DNA from: Mobula hypostoma
Taxonomy: Eukaryota
Length of the DNA: 64,000 bases
Assembly: GCF_963921235.1 (NCBI RefSeq)
Contig: NC_086100.1
Location: forward strand, 202,928,001-202,992,000
Direction of reading: 5' to 3'
Part shown: one piece after another, positions 22,608 through 35,043 of the stretch
Layout: each line of letters opens with the position of its first letter
Numbering within the stretch: position 1 is the stretch's first letter
Notes under the pieces: model-generated
Database searches by the model: none
Seen by the model: the letters and a program-made list of their open reading frames with translations, nothing else
What the model was told of the DNA's origin: nothing
Position numbers and translations under genes: made by a program

Positions 22608-23177
22608 TGTGGATGAAATCACCGGAGAGACGGAGTTACTGGCAGATACAAAGCTGCTTCTTTATCCGACACAACAAGCTGCAGCAGGCATCATACGGAC
22701 GGAGACACTTTCGGTAGAAAGGTCTGCTAGCCCAATGTGGGCTCGATATTTATATGCTAAACACAAAGGGCAATCTCTATTTACAAAGTTATAGACAATG
22801 CATAGACAATGCTTCCTTTTGAAGCTACATACAAAACATCACACCTGACTTCATCCTTTCCTTCTGACGCCCGTATGTCTGGGTTGGTACTCACAGCCTT
22901 TAGGAGTACAAGTTAAATCCACAATCCATTTATTTGGTATTTGGCTTGCTAACATAGAGGACAATTTATATTTATAAAGTATAGATAAGGCTGTCTTCGA
23001 AACTACCTGTAAACTTCACACTTCCATCCGCAGCATCTGGGCTGGTATTCTGGTATTCGCAGCTTTTAGGAAATGCATTGTTATGAACACAATGCACAGT
23101 ACTTTGTCAGACAAAAGACTGGTGGCCAAAGTCATTTAAGTGTAAATGAATCATCTACCCAAAAACTCACTCTAACA
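22608..23177. mobile_element. Possible solo-LTR-like element with internal ~200-bp diverged duplication
   Basis: TGT...AACA ends; 22770-22905 resembles 22960-23072. No TSD confirmed. Confidence 0.3.
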
Positions 23178-26100
23178 CACACAGTCAACCTGCGTAGCAG
23201 CTTTGAGTGTCCTATGGAGTTTCCCAAAATCACTCTGATCCTCCACACTGCCAAGAGTCTTACCATTAATACTATATTCTGCCATCATATTTGACCTACC
23301 AAAATGAACCATCTCACATTTATCTGGGTTGAACTCCATCTGCCACTTCTCAGACCAGTTTTGCATCCTATCGATGTCCCGCTGTAACCTCTGACAGCCC
23401 TCCACACTATCCGCAACACCCCCAACCATTCTGTCATCAGCAAATTTACTAACCCCTCCCTCCACTTCCTCATCCAGGTCATTGATAAAAATCACGAAGA
23501 GAAGGGATCCCAGAACAGATCTCTGAGGCATACCACTGGTCACCGGCCTCCACGCAGAATATGACCTGTCTACAACCACTCTTTGCCTTCTTTGGCAATC
23601 CATTTCTGGATCTACAAAGCAAGGTCCCCTTGGATTCCATGCCTCCTTACTTTCTCAATAAGCCTTGCATGGGGTACCTTATCAAATGCCTTGCTGAAAT
23701 CCATATACACTACATCTACTGCTCTTCCTTCATCAACATATTTAGACGCAGCCTCAAAAAATTCAGTCAGGCTCGTAAGGCACAATCTGCCCTTGACAAA
23801 GTCATGCTGACTATTCCTAATCATATTATGCCTCTCCAAATGTTCATAAATCCTGCTTCTCAAGATCTTCTCCATCAACTTACCAACCACTGAGGTAAGA
23901 CTCACTGGTCTATAGTTTCCTGGGCTATCTCTACTCCCTTTCTTGAATAAGGGAACAACATCTGCAACCCTCCAATCTCCTGGAACCTCTCCCGTTCCCA
24001 TTGATGATGCAAAGATCATTGCCAGAGGCTCAGCAATCTCCTCTCTCACCTCCCACTATAGCTTGCGATACATCTCGTCCGGTCCCAGTGACTTATCCAA
24101 TTTGATGCTTTCAAAAGTTCCTACACATCCTCTTTCTTGATGCTCAAGCTTTTCAGTCTGCTGTAAATCATCCCGACAACTGCCAAGGTCCTTTTCCATA
24201 GTGAATACTGAATAGTAAATACAGCTGGTTTAGAGAGCAGAGCAGCGGACACCCCTGCTGAAATCCGGAGGAAAACACACAGAGGATGCAGAGGGGATCA
24301 CAAAGTCGAGGAAAGAGGACTGGGTCGAGACAACACAGACTCATGGAGAAGAGGAGTTCGGTGGGTAATACCGTTCCGGCTGACCGGAAGTGCACTGAGA
24401 GCGGTAAGCGTAAAGGAGTTGGGTGCTTACTGATCTGGTTAACAACAGATGGTGCAATCCGGGTCATATTACAATCGAGGAACATGTTTGTAGACCGGAC
24501 ATTGAACTTTTTACTGTTGGACTTCGGCCACATTCCACCGAGGTACAACACTTGGCGGCACGGGAGGTCGTTCCTGCCTGTGGCCATCGAACGTGCAGCT
24601 CCTCCCATGGAGGGTCAGGCACCCTGAGCCAATAGACTGGTCCTGGACTTATTTTCCATCTGGCATAGTTTGCATTTTGTTGTTTGATTGTTTGTTGTTT
24701 TTGTATTGCTATATTTACGCTCTATTCTTGGTTGGTGCGGCTGTAACGAAACCAAATTTCCCTTGGGATTAATAAAGTATATCTATCTATCTATCTGTTA
24801 AGTACCACCACTATCTCCTCCAGTACTATACACATTTTTCCATTGTCACACTCGATTGGTCCTAATCTCTCATGTCTTATCTTCTTGCTCTTCACATACT
24901 TGTAGAATGTCTTGGGGTTTTCCTTAATCCTGTCTGCCAAGCCCTCCTCATGGCCCCTTCTGGCTCTCCTAATTTCATTCTTAAACTCCTTCCTGCGAGC
25001 CGTATAATCTTGTAGATCTCTATCATCACCTAAGCTTTTCTTTCCTTCTTGACTAGGTTTACAACAGCCTTTGTACACCACGGATCCTGTACCCTACCAT
25101 CCTTTCCCTGTCTCATTGGAACATACCTATGCAGAACTCCATGTAAATATCCCCTGAACGTTTGCCACATTTCTTCCGTACCTTTCCCTGAGAACATCTG
25201 TTCCCAATTTATGCTTCCAAGTTCCTGCCTGATAGTATCATATTTCCCCTTACTCCAATTAAACGCTTTCCTAACTTGTCTGGTCCTATCCCTCTCCAAT
25301 GTTATGGTAAAGGAGATAGAATTGTGATCACTATCTCCAAAATGCTCTCCCACTGAGAGATCTGACACCTGACCAGGTTCATTTCCCAATACCTAATCAA
25401 GTACAACCTCTCCTTTTTTAGGCTTATCTACATGTTGTGTCAGCAAACCTTCCTCAACACATCTAACAAACTCCACCCCATCTAAACCTCTTGCTCTAGG
25501 GAGATGCCAATTAACATTTGGGAAATTAAAATCTCCCACCACAATAACCCTGTTATTATGGCATCTTTCCAGAATCTGTCTCCCTATCTGCTCCTCGATG
25601 TCCCTGTTACTATTGGGTGGTCTATAAAAAACACCCAGGCGAATTATTAACCCCTTTCTGTTCCTAACTTCCACCCACAGAGACTCAGTAGACAATCCAT
25701 CCTCCCTCCCTATCCTTCTGAAACATCTAAAGCCTGGCACTCTAAGTAGCCATTGCTGCCCCTGAGCTATCCAAGTCTCTGTAATGGCCCCAGTATCATA
25801 GCTCCAAGTACTGATCCACACTCTAAGCTCAGCCACTTTGTTCATAATACTCCTTGCATTAAAATAGACACATCTCAAACCATCAGTCTGAGCGTATCCC
25901 TTCTCTATCACCTGCCTGTCCTCCCTCACACACTGTCTCCAAGCTTTCTCTATTTGTGAGCCAACCGTTCCCTCCACTGTCTCTTCAGTTCGGTTCCCAC
26001 CCCGCAACAATTCTAGTTTAAACTCTCTCCAATAGCCTTCACAAGCCTCCCCACCAGGATATTGGTCCCCCTGGGATTCAAGTGCAACCCGTTCTTTTTG

Positions 26101-27060
26101 TACAGGTCACACCTGCCCAAAAGAGGTCCCAATGATCCAGAAATCTGAATCCCTGCCCCCAGCTCCAAAATCTCAGCCAGACATTTATCCTCCATCTCAC
26201 TCTATCCCTATACTCACTGTCATGTGGCACACAGTAATCCTGAGATCACTACCTTTGTGGTCCTGCTTCTCCACTTCCTTCCTAACTCCCTGTAGTCTCT
26301 TTTTAGGACCTCCTCCCTTTTCTTTCCCATGTTGTTGGTACCAATGTGTACCACAACATCTGGCTGTTCACCTTCCCACTTCAGGATATCGTGGACCTAA
26401 TCAGAAACATCCTGGACCCTGGCAGCTGAGAGGCAAACTACCGTCCATGTTTCTTTACTGCGTCCACAGAATCGTCTCTCTGACCCCCTAATTATAGAAT
26501 TCCCTATCACTATTGCCATCCTCTTCCTTTCCCTACCCTTCTGAGCCACAGGGCCGGACTCTGTGCCAGAGGCACGGCCAGTGTTGCTTCCCCTTCCCCC
26601 AGCCGTACTCAAACAGGAGTACTTATTGTTAAGGGGGACAGCCAAAGGGGTACTCTCTAGTATCTGGTTCTTGCCCTTCCCTCTCCTGACTGTTAGTCAC
26701 TTATCTGTCTCCCGAGGCCCCGGAGTGACTACCTGCCTGTAGCTCCTCTCTATCACCTTTTCACTTTCCCTGTCCAGACGAAGGTCATCGAACTGCATCT
26801 CCGGTTCCCTAACCCGGTCCATAGGGAGCTGCAGCTTGATGTAGGTGGTGCAGATGTAGCTGTCCGTGAGGCTGGGAGTCTCCCATATATCCCACATCTG
26901 ACACCCAGTACAGAACACCGGCCTCACAGGCATACTTCCTGTTTCTATTCATCACATGTAACTCGCCTTTCCTCGATCCGTTATCGCCGAAGTCCCGATG
27001 AGCCAAAGCCCTTCTACTCTGACCCCCTCTACTCAGTTACCCACTCTCTAAATTTGTCTT
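23178..27060 (-). mobile_element. Long CR1 LINE: ORF1 (zinc-finger-like + SGNH esterase) and ORF2 (endonuclease, RT), decayed
   Basis: 26697-26933 (CTGCQMWD...YICT), 26397-26645 (VIGNSIIRGS), 26013-26195 (GLHLN), 25393-26010 (CVYFNARS, GDFNFP), 23612-24049 ([23 protein letters not shown]). Confidence 0.88.
24213..24796 (+). mobile_element. Internally deleted Rex1-like LINE derivative inserted in CR1
   Basis: Endonuclease-like pieces (ADRK..ESGKRKG; VNNRWCNPGHITIEEHVC.PDIEL) joined to the C-terminal RSFLPVAI, 3' UTR, AATAAA and (TATC)n tail. Confidence 0.65.
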
Positions 27061-27619
27061 CCTTTTAAATTCTTCGCGTCGGTCTAACTCGCAAACATCC
27101 ACACGCCTGTGCAGTCGTACCTCAGTTGGCTTTCATCTTGTCGGCTTGGGCCATATCCCTTTTTGCAACCACTGACCAAACGGTATCTCTACAAGGGTCA
27201 TCTCACTGAGCAGCGTCCACTTACCCTGGGCTCAACTCAGGCAACTGCTTTGTCTTCAGAGTGGTCAGGTTGCTTGTGAAATGGCCCAGCCAGAAACTCC
27301 CAAATGATCCACCGTTCAATTGTGCCCTTGCCTTGCCTCTGATTTCCCCGTGATGGAAAACTGGCACATGGCTTTAACTCCAGGGGCAGGAACGCTCTCC
27401 CACTCCCTGCCCCTGGTCTGCCCGACTCCCCGGCCGGTACTGCAGGCTGAGATCATGAGCAGCCAAAAACCACCGATGGCCTGTGGCATCCAATTGAATG
27501 GATTGTTGTCTGTCTTGACCTCGAATTTGGCACCATGTAGATAGTCCCTTAGCTTATCCACCACAGCCTAATTCAATGCCAGGAACTCCAGTAGGTGCGT
27601 GGGTTAGTTTCGCTCAGTG

Positions 27620-28305
27620 TGTCACAATGGGGGGCATTGGGAGCAAGGGTGGACCCAAATGCAAGACGCATCTTGTGGGGTTAACTTACTTGAGTTTATT
27701 GCTCGATACAAGGAGAGCAAAGCAGAAGCAGGAATAGCGAACCGGACAAGGACTCAGGCCCTGGACTAGGCTGGGACAAGGGTCTGGGCTAGGATTCGGA
27801 ATGACGGACCTCCAGGGCCAGGACTTGACTTGGTACTTGGATGCCGCCGGAGCCAGGACGTGGTACTTAGAGCCGCCGGGTAGTGGCGCGCTCTACACTC
27901 GGCCCGGGAACAGTAGACAGTGGCTCTTGATTCCCTCCGGCAGGTTAACTGACGGACCCGCCTCGGCGAGGAAAGTTTACAGGCTCACTTTGGTGAGGTA
28001 ACTTGATATGGTTGCTCCGGTGAGGAAAGGCGACTTACTGGCACTCGCTTCGGGGGGAGACTAGGCTCGATCCGGCCAGATGACATTGGCTCGCAGTACC
28101 TTTGGTGACTTTGCAAACGCTCTCGCTCTGAACGGCAGAAAGCCAGAGACTATAAACTACTGGTTCAGCCGAGAGTAAATAGCCTCCAATCACCAAGCCT
28201 GAGGGACACAGGAAAACAGGGAACCAAAGGGAAACAGGGAGTAAATGGTCCGGATCATAACATAAACAAAGTAAATTTAAAGGGACCCCGATCCGGACCA
28301 TGACA
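27620..28305 (-). mobile_element. Solo LTR (686 bp) inserted in the Gypsy RNase H region
   Basis: Ends TGTCA...TGACA; 5-bp TSD CAGTG/CAGAG (4/5); removing it restores SLSPSERN. AATAAA on the minus strand near 27695. Confidence 0.75.
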
Positions 28306-29179
28306 CAGAGGGTGACAGACTCCAGCTGACAAACGTGACACCTCTCAACCCTTGCCCTGATCTTGATACAGAACACCCCCAAAGTCTTCTCTGCTAGTAT
28401 TTGTATGCAATACATATGGCAATCGGGTGGTCTGCAAAAACCAACAAAGGTGCTTTCTTCAGCAGCTCCTTCAGCAACTGAAAGGCTTCTTCACATTTTG
28501 CACCCCATCTTGCTCCAAAAGGCCCCAAAGGCTCTTTACTATCTTCTCCATTAGTCCTCCTCCCTTTCTTCCCCAAGGGAGGGTAACCGCACAGAAACTG
28601 GTTCAAAGGATGACTCAATTTAGAGCACTCCTTCACAAACCTCCGATAGTACCCACAGAATCTAAGGAACAAGTGTAAGGCGCTCACATTTTGGGGCCTT
28701 GGCCATGTTGTCACCGCCTCGATCTTTGCCGGATCTGTAGCTACTCCATTCCATGAGACTATGTTCTCAACATAGCTGACAGATGTCTAGCAGAATTGAT
28801 ACTTGTCCAGGGAAAGTTTTAATCCTTCAGTAGCCTCGCTTCATATTCCTCCAGGGTGGACCTGAACACTATAAGGTCATCCAGCTACACCAGCTCTTCA
28901 AGCAAGTTTATATCCTGCACAGTCAGTTTTCTCCAAGGCACACTGAAAAGTAGCCAGGGCTCCTGATGTACCCAGGAGCTTCCTTCCAAACTGGAAGAAT
29001 CCAAGTAGACATATAAATGCCATCTTCTCCTTGTCAGCCTCACTCATGGGTATCTGATATAGCCACTGCTCATCCACCAAGAGGGCCACAGGCATTCCAG
29101 GAAATTTTCCGTCACAATAGCTACTTCCCCAGGCCGTAACACGAGTGGTTTGGGCTGAGTATACCACACAGTCCCTTGG

Positions 29180-30080
29180 TTAGAACCATAGAACCATACA
29201 ACACTACAGCACAGAAAACAGGCCATTTGGCCCTTTTAGTCTGTGCCAAAACTTTATTCCGCTAGTCCTATTGACCTGCACCCAGTCCATAACCCTCCAG
29301 ACCTCTCCCATCCATGTATCTATCCAATTTATACTTAAGAGTGAGCCCGCATTTACCACGTCAGATGGCAGCTCGTTCCACACTCCCACCACTCTCTGAG
29401 TGGAGAAGTTCCCCCTAATGTTCCCCCTAAACCTTTCCCCTTTCACCCTAAAACCGTGTCCTCTCATATTTATCTCTCCTAATCTAAGTGGAAAGAGCCT
29501 ACTCGCATTTACTCTGTCTATACCCCTCATAATTTTGTAAACCTCTATTAAATCCCCCCTCATTCTTCTACGCTCCAAGGAATAAAGTCCTAACCTGTTC
29601 AATCTTTCCCTGTAACTCAAAGCTGAAGACCCGGCAACATCCTAGTAAATCTTCTCTGCACTCTTTCAATCTGACTGATACCCTTCCTATAGTTAGGTGA
29701 CCAGAACTGCACACAGTACTCCAAATTTGGCCTCACCAATGTCTTATACAACCTCACCATAACATCCCAACTCCTATACTGAATACTTTGATTTATGAAT
29801 GCCAGGATGCCAAAAGCATTCTTTACAACCCTGTCTACCTGTGACGCCACTTTCAGGGAATTATATATCTGAACTCCCAGATCCCTTTGTTCCTCCGCAC
29901 TCCTCAGTGCCCTACCATTTACTGTGTATGCCCTACCTTATTTGTCCTTCCAAAATGCAACACCTCACACTTCTCTGCATTAAATTCCATCTGCCATTTT
30001 CTGGCCCATTTTTCCAGTTTGTGCAGATTCCTCTGTAAACTTAGAAAGCCTTTTTTCGCTGTCCACAACGCCTCCAATCT
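29180..30080 (-). mobile_element. CR1 3' fragment inserted in the Gypsy element
   Basis: ORFs 29204-29620, 29617-29850 and WQMEFNAEKC; tail at ~29180-29200. Confidence 0.85.
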
Positions 30081-32844
30081 TAGTTTATGCTCATCATCCA
30101 GTCTAATACGGCCACGCACTTCCCCAAAAGCAGCTCTGAATACAGGGTGAATGGACAATATTTTCAGAAAGCTCTCTCCAACTTTCTCCTCTCAGACTCC
30201 CACTAGCCTCTTAATAATAGGAGTATTTGTTCCCAGAAGATTTGAAGCTTCGCCCTTCTCGACAGGGTCCGGGCAAATCTAATGATTCAAGGATCTCAGC
30301 TACTTCAACATCTACCTCCAAACCTCGTTATAAGCTGCATTGGGTTTCCGTCACGCCAAAAACGTTTTCTAGCACTTGCATGTAGCCCACGAAAGTAGCC
30401 AATGGATTCTGGGTCTTTAAGGAACTCACTACTTCAGCAGCCAGATCTCTCTTGACTCTCTACCATTCCGCTGTCTTTTCACATTATCAGGGCACTGTCT
30501 TTCATCCAGCATCCGAGAGGTCTGCTCTGCCCAAGTCTGACTCCTCCTCCCCCTCGGGGTGGGCTTCATTCCCAACCATGTTCTCAGTCCACAATAACTG
30601 GGACTCTCTGCCGGTGCACTTGGCCATCTACTCGCCAGGGATGTAAGGGGCAATACCCAATCAGAATTCTCACCCCTCGCTGGAAGACACGTTAGACTTT
30701 CCAGATCAGACCACTCCTTGCCCTCGCTCCGCAGAAATGAGAGCAACTTGTTTTTAAAGTCTCAACCACCAGCTACAGCAAACTCTGGTTGCAATTTGGC
30801 ACACTCGCCTACACGACACTCAGCTCTGACTCCCCTTCTCCCAGTGCCCCCGTAGTACCAGGCAGATCCACTGTCATTACATCAGCTCTGGTCTCAGCTA
30901 AAACAAAGTCTTTGCCTGCCATTCTGTCAAACCTTTGCTCCTTGATTATAACTGTTCCTAATGCTTTAATGGTACTTAAAGTTCTCACCAAAAATTCATC
31001 TGGGCTACAAATATCCACTCCACTCAAGATACAAATGGGATTACAGGCAATCCCGTTGATCCACACCACCGTTCCACCTCTGATGCATCCATAACCACTT
31101 ACCTTAATCACTTTACTGGACAATAGTTTAATACAGGCTTAAACACACAAACCACTTGATAAGTGCTCAGGGCAAACACACAGCATCCAACGAAATCAAT
31201 CCGGGAAGATAACCCCACATTGAAACCCCCTTCTCCTTGGGCATCCCAGGAAATGAGTTGTTAGCCTCACTGACAGTCCCCCAACTTGGTGCTGAAAGAC
31301 CCACTGTTCTTGGACAGCATACGTCTAGGGAATACACACTCCAGTCCCGCGAAATCGTAAGAATGGGATTTCCGGAGGAAATAGCATTCCTCCTACCCAA
31401 GCCCCAGTATGTGTGAATACTGTGTGAATACTATTTCCGGAGGAAATAGCAGAGGTACTTAATGAATACTTTACTTCAGTATTCACTATGGAAAAGGATC
31501 TTGGTGATTGTAGTGCTGACTTGCAGCAGACTGAAAAGCTTGAGAATGTAGATATTAAGGAAAAGGATGTGCTGGAGCTTTTGTAAAGCATCAAGTTGGA
31601 TAAGTCGCCGGGACCGGATGAGATGTACCCAGGCTACTGTGGGAGGCGAGGGAGGAGATTGCTGAGCCTCTGGCGGTGATCTTTGCATCACCAATGATGA
31701 TGGAGATGGAGAGATTCCGGAGGATTGAAGGGTTGCGGATGTTGTTCCTTTATTCAGCAAAGCGAGTGGAGATAGCCCAGGAAATTATAGACCAGTGAGT
31801 CTTACCTCAGTGGTTGGTAAGTTGATGGAGAAGATCCTGAGAGGCAGGAATTATGAACCTTTGGAGAGGCATAATATGATTGGGAATAGTCAGCATGGCT
31901 TTGTCAAGGGCAGGTCGTGCCTTACGAGCCTGATTGAATTTTTTGAGGATGTGACTAAACACATTGATGAAGGAAGAGCAGTAGATGTAGTGTATATGGA
32001 TTTCAGAAAGGCACTTTATAAGGTATCCCATGCAAGGCTTATTGAGAAAGTAAGGAGGCATGGAATCCAAGGGGACATTGCTTTGTGGATTCAGAACCGG
32101 CTTGCCCACAGAAGGCAAAGAATGGTTGTAGATGGGTCATATTCTGCATGGAGATTGGTTACCAGTGGTGTGCCTCAGGGATCTGTTCTGGGACCCTTAC
32201 TCTTTGAGATTTTTATAAATGACCTGGATGAAGTTTGCTGATGACCCAAAGGTTGGAGGTGTTGTGGATAGTGTGGAGGGCTGTTAGACGTTATAGCAGG
32301 ACATTGATAGGATGCAAAACTGGGCTGAGAAGTGGCAGATGGAGTTCAACCCAGATAAGTGTGAGGTGGTTCATTTTGGTAGGTCAAATATGATGGCAGA
32401 ATATAATATTAATGGTAAGACTCTCGGCAGTGTGGAGCATCAGAGGAATCTTGGTATCCGAGCCCATAGGATGCTCAAAGCAGCTGTGCAGGTTGACTCT
32501 GTGGTTAAGAAGGCATACGATGTATTGGCCTTCATCAATCATGGAATTGAATTTAGGAGCTGAGAGGTAGTGTTGCAGCTATATCGGACCCTGGTCAGAC
32601 CCCACTTGGAGTACTGTGCTCAGTTCTGGTTGCCTCACTACAGGAAGGACGTGGAAACCATAGAAAGCGTGCAGAGGAGATTTACAAGGATGTTGCCTGG
32701 ATTGGGGAGCATGCCTTATGAGAATAGGTTGAGTGAACTCAGCCTTTTCTCCTTGGAGCGACGGAGGATGAGAGGTGACCTGATAGAGGTGTATAAGATG
32801 ATGAGAGGCATTGATCGTGGATAGTCAGAGGCTTTTTCCCAGGG

Positions 32845-33006
32845 CGCATTCAACAAAGCTGTGCCATCACATCCTGTTTAAATCAGGTGAATCAAAGCCT
32901 GGCCAATCTGATTTGCTGGTCTGATCGGGTAATGCTAGAAGGTGTGAATCTAGATGAAAAAGAAATGATGAATGCAATGATTAAGGGAGTGCTTGATGGA
33001 GTGAAG
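32845..33006 (+). pseudogene. RAPGEF1: RAPGEF1 (C3G)-like coding fragment, ectopic
   Basis: Translates RIQQSCAITSCLNQVNQSLANLICWSDRVMLEGVNLDEKEMMNAMIKGVLDGVK, which resembles the RAPGEF1 N-terminal region as I recall it (RIQHSSALSSCYSRVYQSLANLIRWSDQVMLEGVN...IKAVLDGVK). Followed by splice donor GTATGT at 33007. May derive from a paralog. Confidence 0.8.
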
Positions 33007-33222
33007 GTATGTAAAATGAAAATAAATGGAGAATTGGGGGTAGAAGTCTGCCATTTTCTGAATCTTCATTCTATCAAAGTTCTCCAAAATATTCCTACAC
33101 TTGTTCCATATATGATTGCTTTCAGTGGCCTTTGGAGAAATACCTGATTTGATAGGCAGTCCCTAAAGCAGCAATGTTGAGAATTTATTGTATGAATTAT
33201 GAGTGGAAACACTATCCATAGG

Positions 33223-33450
33223 TAGGGTTGCCAACTTTCTCGCTCCCAAATAAGGGACAAAAGTAGCAGTCAAATACGGGACACTTGTGTTTACCCCGAG
33301 AAAGACTACCATGACTATGAAGCCTTGCACGGGCACCTGTGTACGCATGTGTGTACGTGCTGATTTTTTTTCTACAAATCGTTTTTGGCGATTCTGTTCA
33401 GTGAAACTACACTGTACATATATTACTTCTACTTTATACTGGCTGTGTAT
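33223..33450 (+). mobile_element. One end of a hAT (Blackjack-like) non-autonomous element
   Basis: Starts TAGGGTTGCCAAC with GGGACA subterminal motifs; the other end is absent. Confidence 0.5.
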
Positions 33451-33802
33451 TGTAAGATTATTAAAGGATTGGACACGCTAGAGGCAGGAAACATGTTCCC
33501 GATGTTGGGGGAGTCTAGAGCTAGAGGCCACAATTTGAGAATAAGGGGTAGGCTAGTTAGAACGGAGTTGAGGAAAAGAGTTGTGGATCTGTGGAATGCT
33601 CTGCCCCAGAAGGCAGTGAAGGCCAAATCTCTGGATGCTTTCAAGAAAGATTTAGATAGAGCTCTTAAAGATAGCGGAGTCAAGGGATATGGGGAGAAGG
33701 CAGGAACAGGGTACTGATTGTGGATGATCAGCCATGATCACAGTGAATGGCGGTGCTGGCTCGAAGGGCTGATTGGCCTACTCCTGCACCTATTGTCTAT
33801 TG
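33451..33802 (+). mobile_element. CR1 3' end (different subfamily) terminating the 32845-33802 insert
   Basis: KIIKGLDTLEAGNMFPMLGESRARGH...VVDLWNALPQKAV; 3' UTR and CTATTGTCTATTG tail. Confidence 0.85.
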
Positions 33803-34110
33803 GTTGAAATGGTTGCTACAAGAGGATACAGGTTTAAGGTGCTGGGGAGTAGGTACAGAGGAGATGTCAGGGTTGAGTTTTTTACTTAGAGAGTGGTGAG
33901 TGTGTGGAATGGGCTGCCGGCAACGGTGGTGGAGGTGGATACAATAGGGTCTTTTAAGAGTCTTTTAGATAGGTACATGGAGCTTAGAAAAATAGAGGCC
34001 TATAGGTAAGCCTAGTAATTTCTAAGGTAAGTACATGTTTGGCACAACTTTGTGGGCCGAAGGGCCTGTATAGTGCTGTGGGTTTTCTATGTTTCTATGA
34101 TTTGTGGCCC

Positions 34111-34639
34111 TGTTATAACTCGCTGTCAGGAAATAATAGACCAGTTACAAAATACACGTGGACTAAGATGTTAACTGTCCTGTGCTATCACCGGGACAGT
34201 TAACCACATACTGCATATAATTAAAAGAAGTATATTTAAGAATATTAACTTAACTAAAGGGTTAGTAAAGAAAAGAAAAAACAAAAAAGGCCCGGATTAA
34301 TTAAACAGTCAAATATGCACAGGTTGGAGCTCAGCTCTTCATTGCTTCTCAGTAGACTCCCGCACCTTGCTCCATCAAATCACGGCCGCCACCGGATCAA
34401 ATCCTATCACCAGTTCTCTGCAGTGTATTCTATCTTCATCTCCCATCAAACAAAGACCCTGGCTCACACCAGTGTCAGGCACAAAAATCCCTGCTCCTCC
34501 AGCCTTCTCTCCTGATTGGATGGCTCACATTCCTCAGCCCTGTTATCTCTAACAATAACCCAAACACTGCTTCTACAGAAGGACCATTACATGAACTACC
34601 CTACAACATTAGCAGTGAAACCTTTCCCAGGGCTTTACA
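34111..34639. mobile_element. Possible solo-LTR-like element
   Basis: TGTTA...TTACA ends, non-coding. No TSD seen. Confidence 0.3.
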
Positions 34640-34698
34640 TAGAGAAGTACTTGGAGAGGAGTTTTAGAGGTCTGTGGGCCAAACTCACTGGGCAAATA

Positions 34699-35043
34699 TG
34701 GATGCTGTCTAAGTTGCATGCCATCTTGGACAATGTCTCCCATCCACTACATAATGTACTGGTTGGGCACAGGAGTACATTCAGTCAGAGACTCATTCCT
34801 CCGAGATGCAGCACAGAGCGTCATAGGAAGTCATTCCTGCCTGTGGCCATCAAACTTTACAACTCCTCCCTTGGAGGGTCAGACACCCTGAGCCGATAGG
34901 CTGGTCCTGGACTTATGTCCTGGCATAATTTACATATTACTATTTAGCTATTTATGGTTTTATTACTATTTATTATTTATGCTGCAACTGTAACAAAAAC
35001 CAATTTCCCCCGGGATCAATAAAGTATGACTATGACTATGACT
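34699..35043 (+). mobile_element. Rex1/Babar-like LINE 3' end
   Basis: MLSKLHAILDNVSHPLH...RKSFLPVAIKLYN; AATAAA and (TATGAC)n tail. Confidence 0.75.

Larger units (their letters stand above)
27130..31200 (-). mobile_element. Decayed Gypsy LTR retrotransposon internal region (PNMA-like gag, RT, RNase H), split by a solo LTR and a CR1
   Basis: VDKLRDYLHGAKFEVKTDNNP (27316-27564); TTWPRPQNV...FCGYYRRFV (28394-28714); YQIPMSEADKEKMAF (28898-29167); gag-like ILSGVD...LVRTLSTIKALG and FLRSEGKEWSDL (30429-31123). Confidence 0.8.
31433..34100 (+). mobile_element. CR1 LINE (RT to 3' tail), interrupted at 32845-33802 by a gene-fragment-bearing insert
   Basis: ORFs 31795-32241, 32312-32563, 32570-32824. 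Consensus ...TTTCCCAGGGC|TGAAATGG... is broken at ~32845 and resumes at 33803 (GTTGAAATGGTTGC). TTTCTATG tail at ~34085. Confidence 0.88.

Noticed and set aside
32845..33006. A genuine RAPGEF1 gene overlapping FBXO41
   Set aside because: The fragment starts abruptly at a CR1 breakpoint, sits inside a split CR1, and I found no other RAPGEF1 exons in the window.
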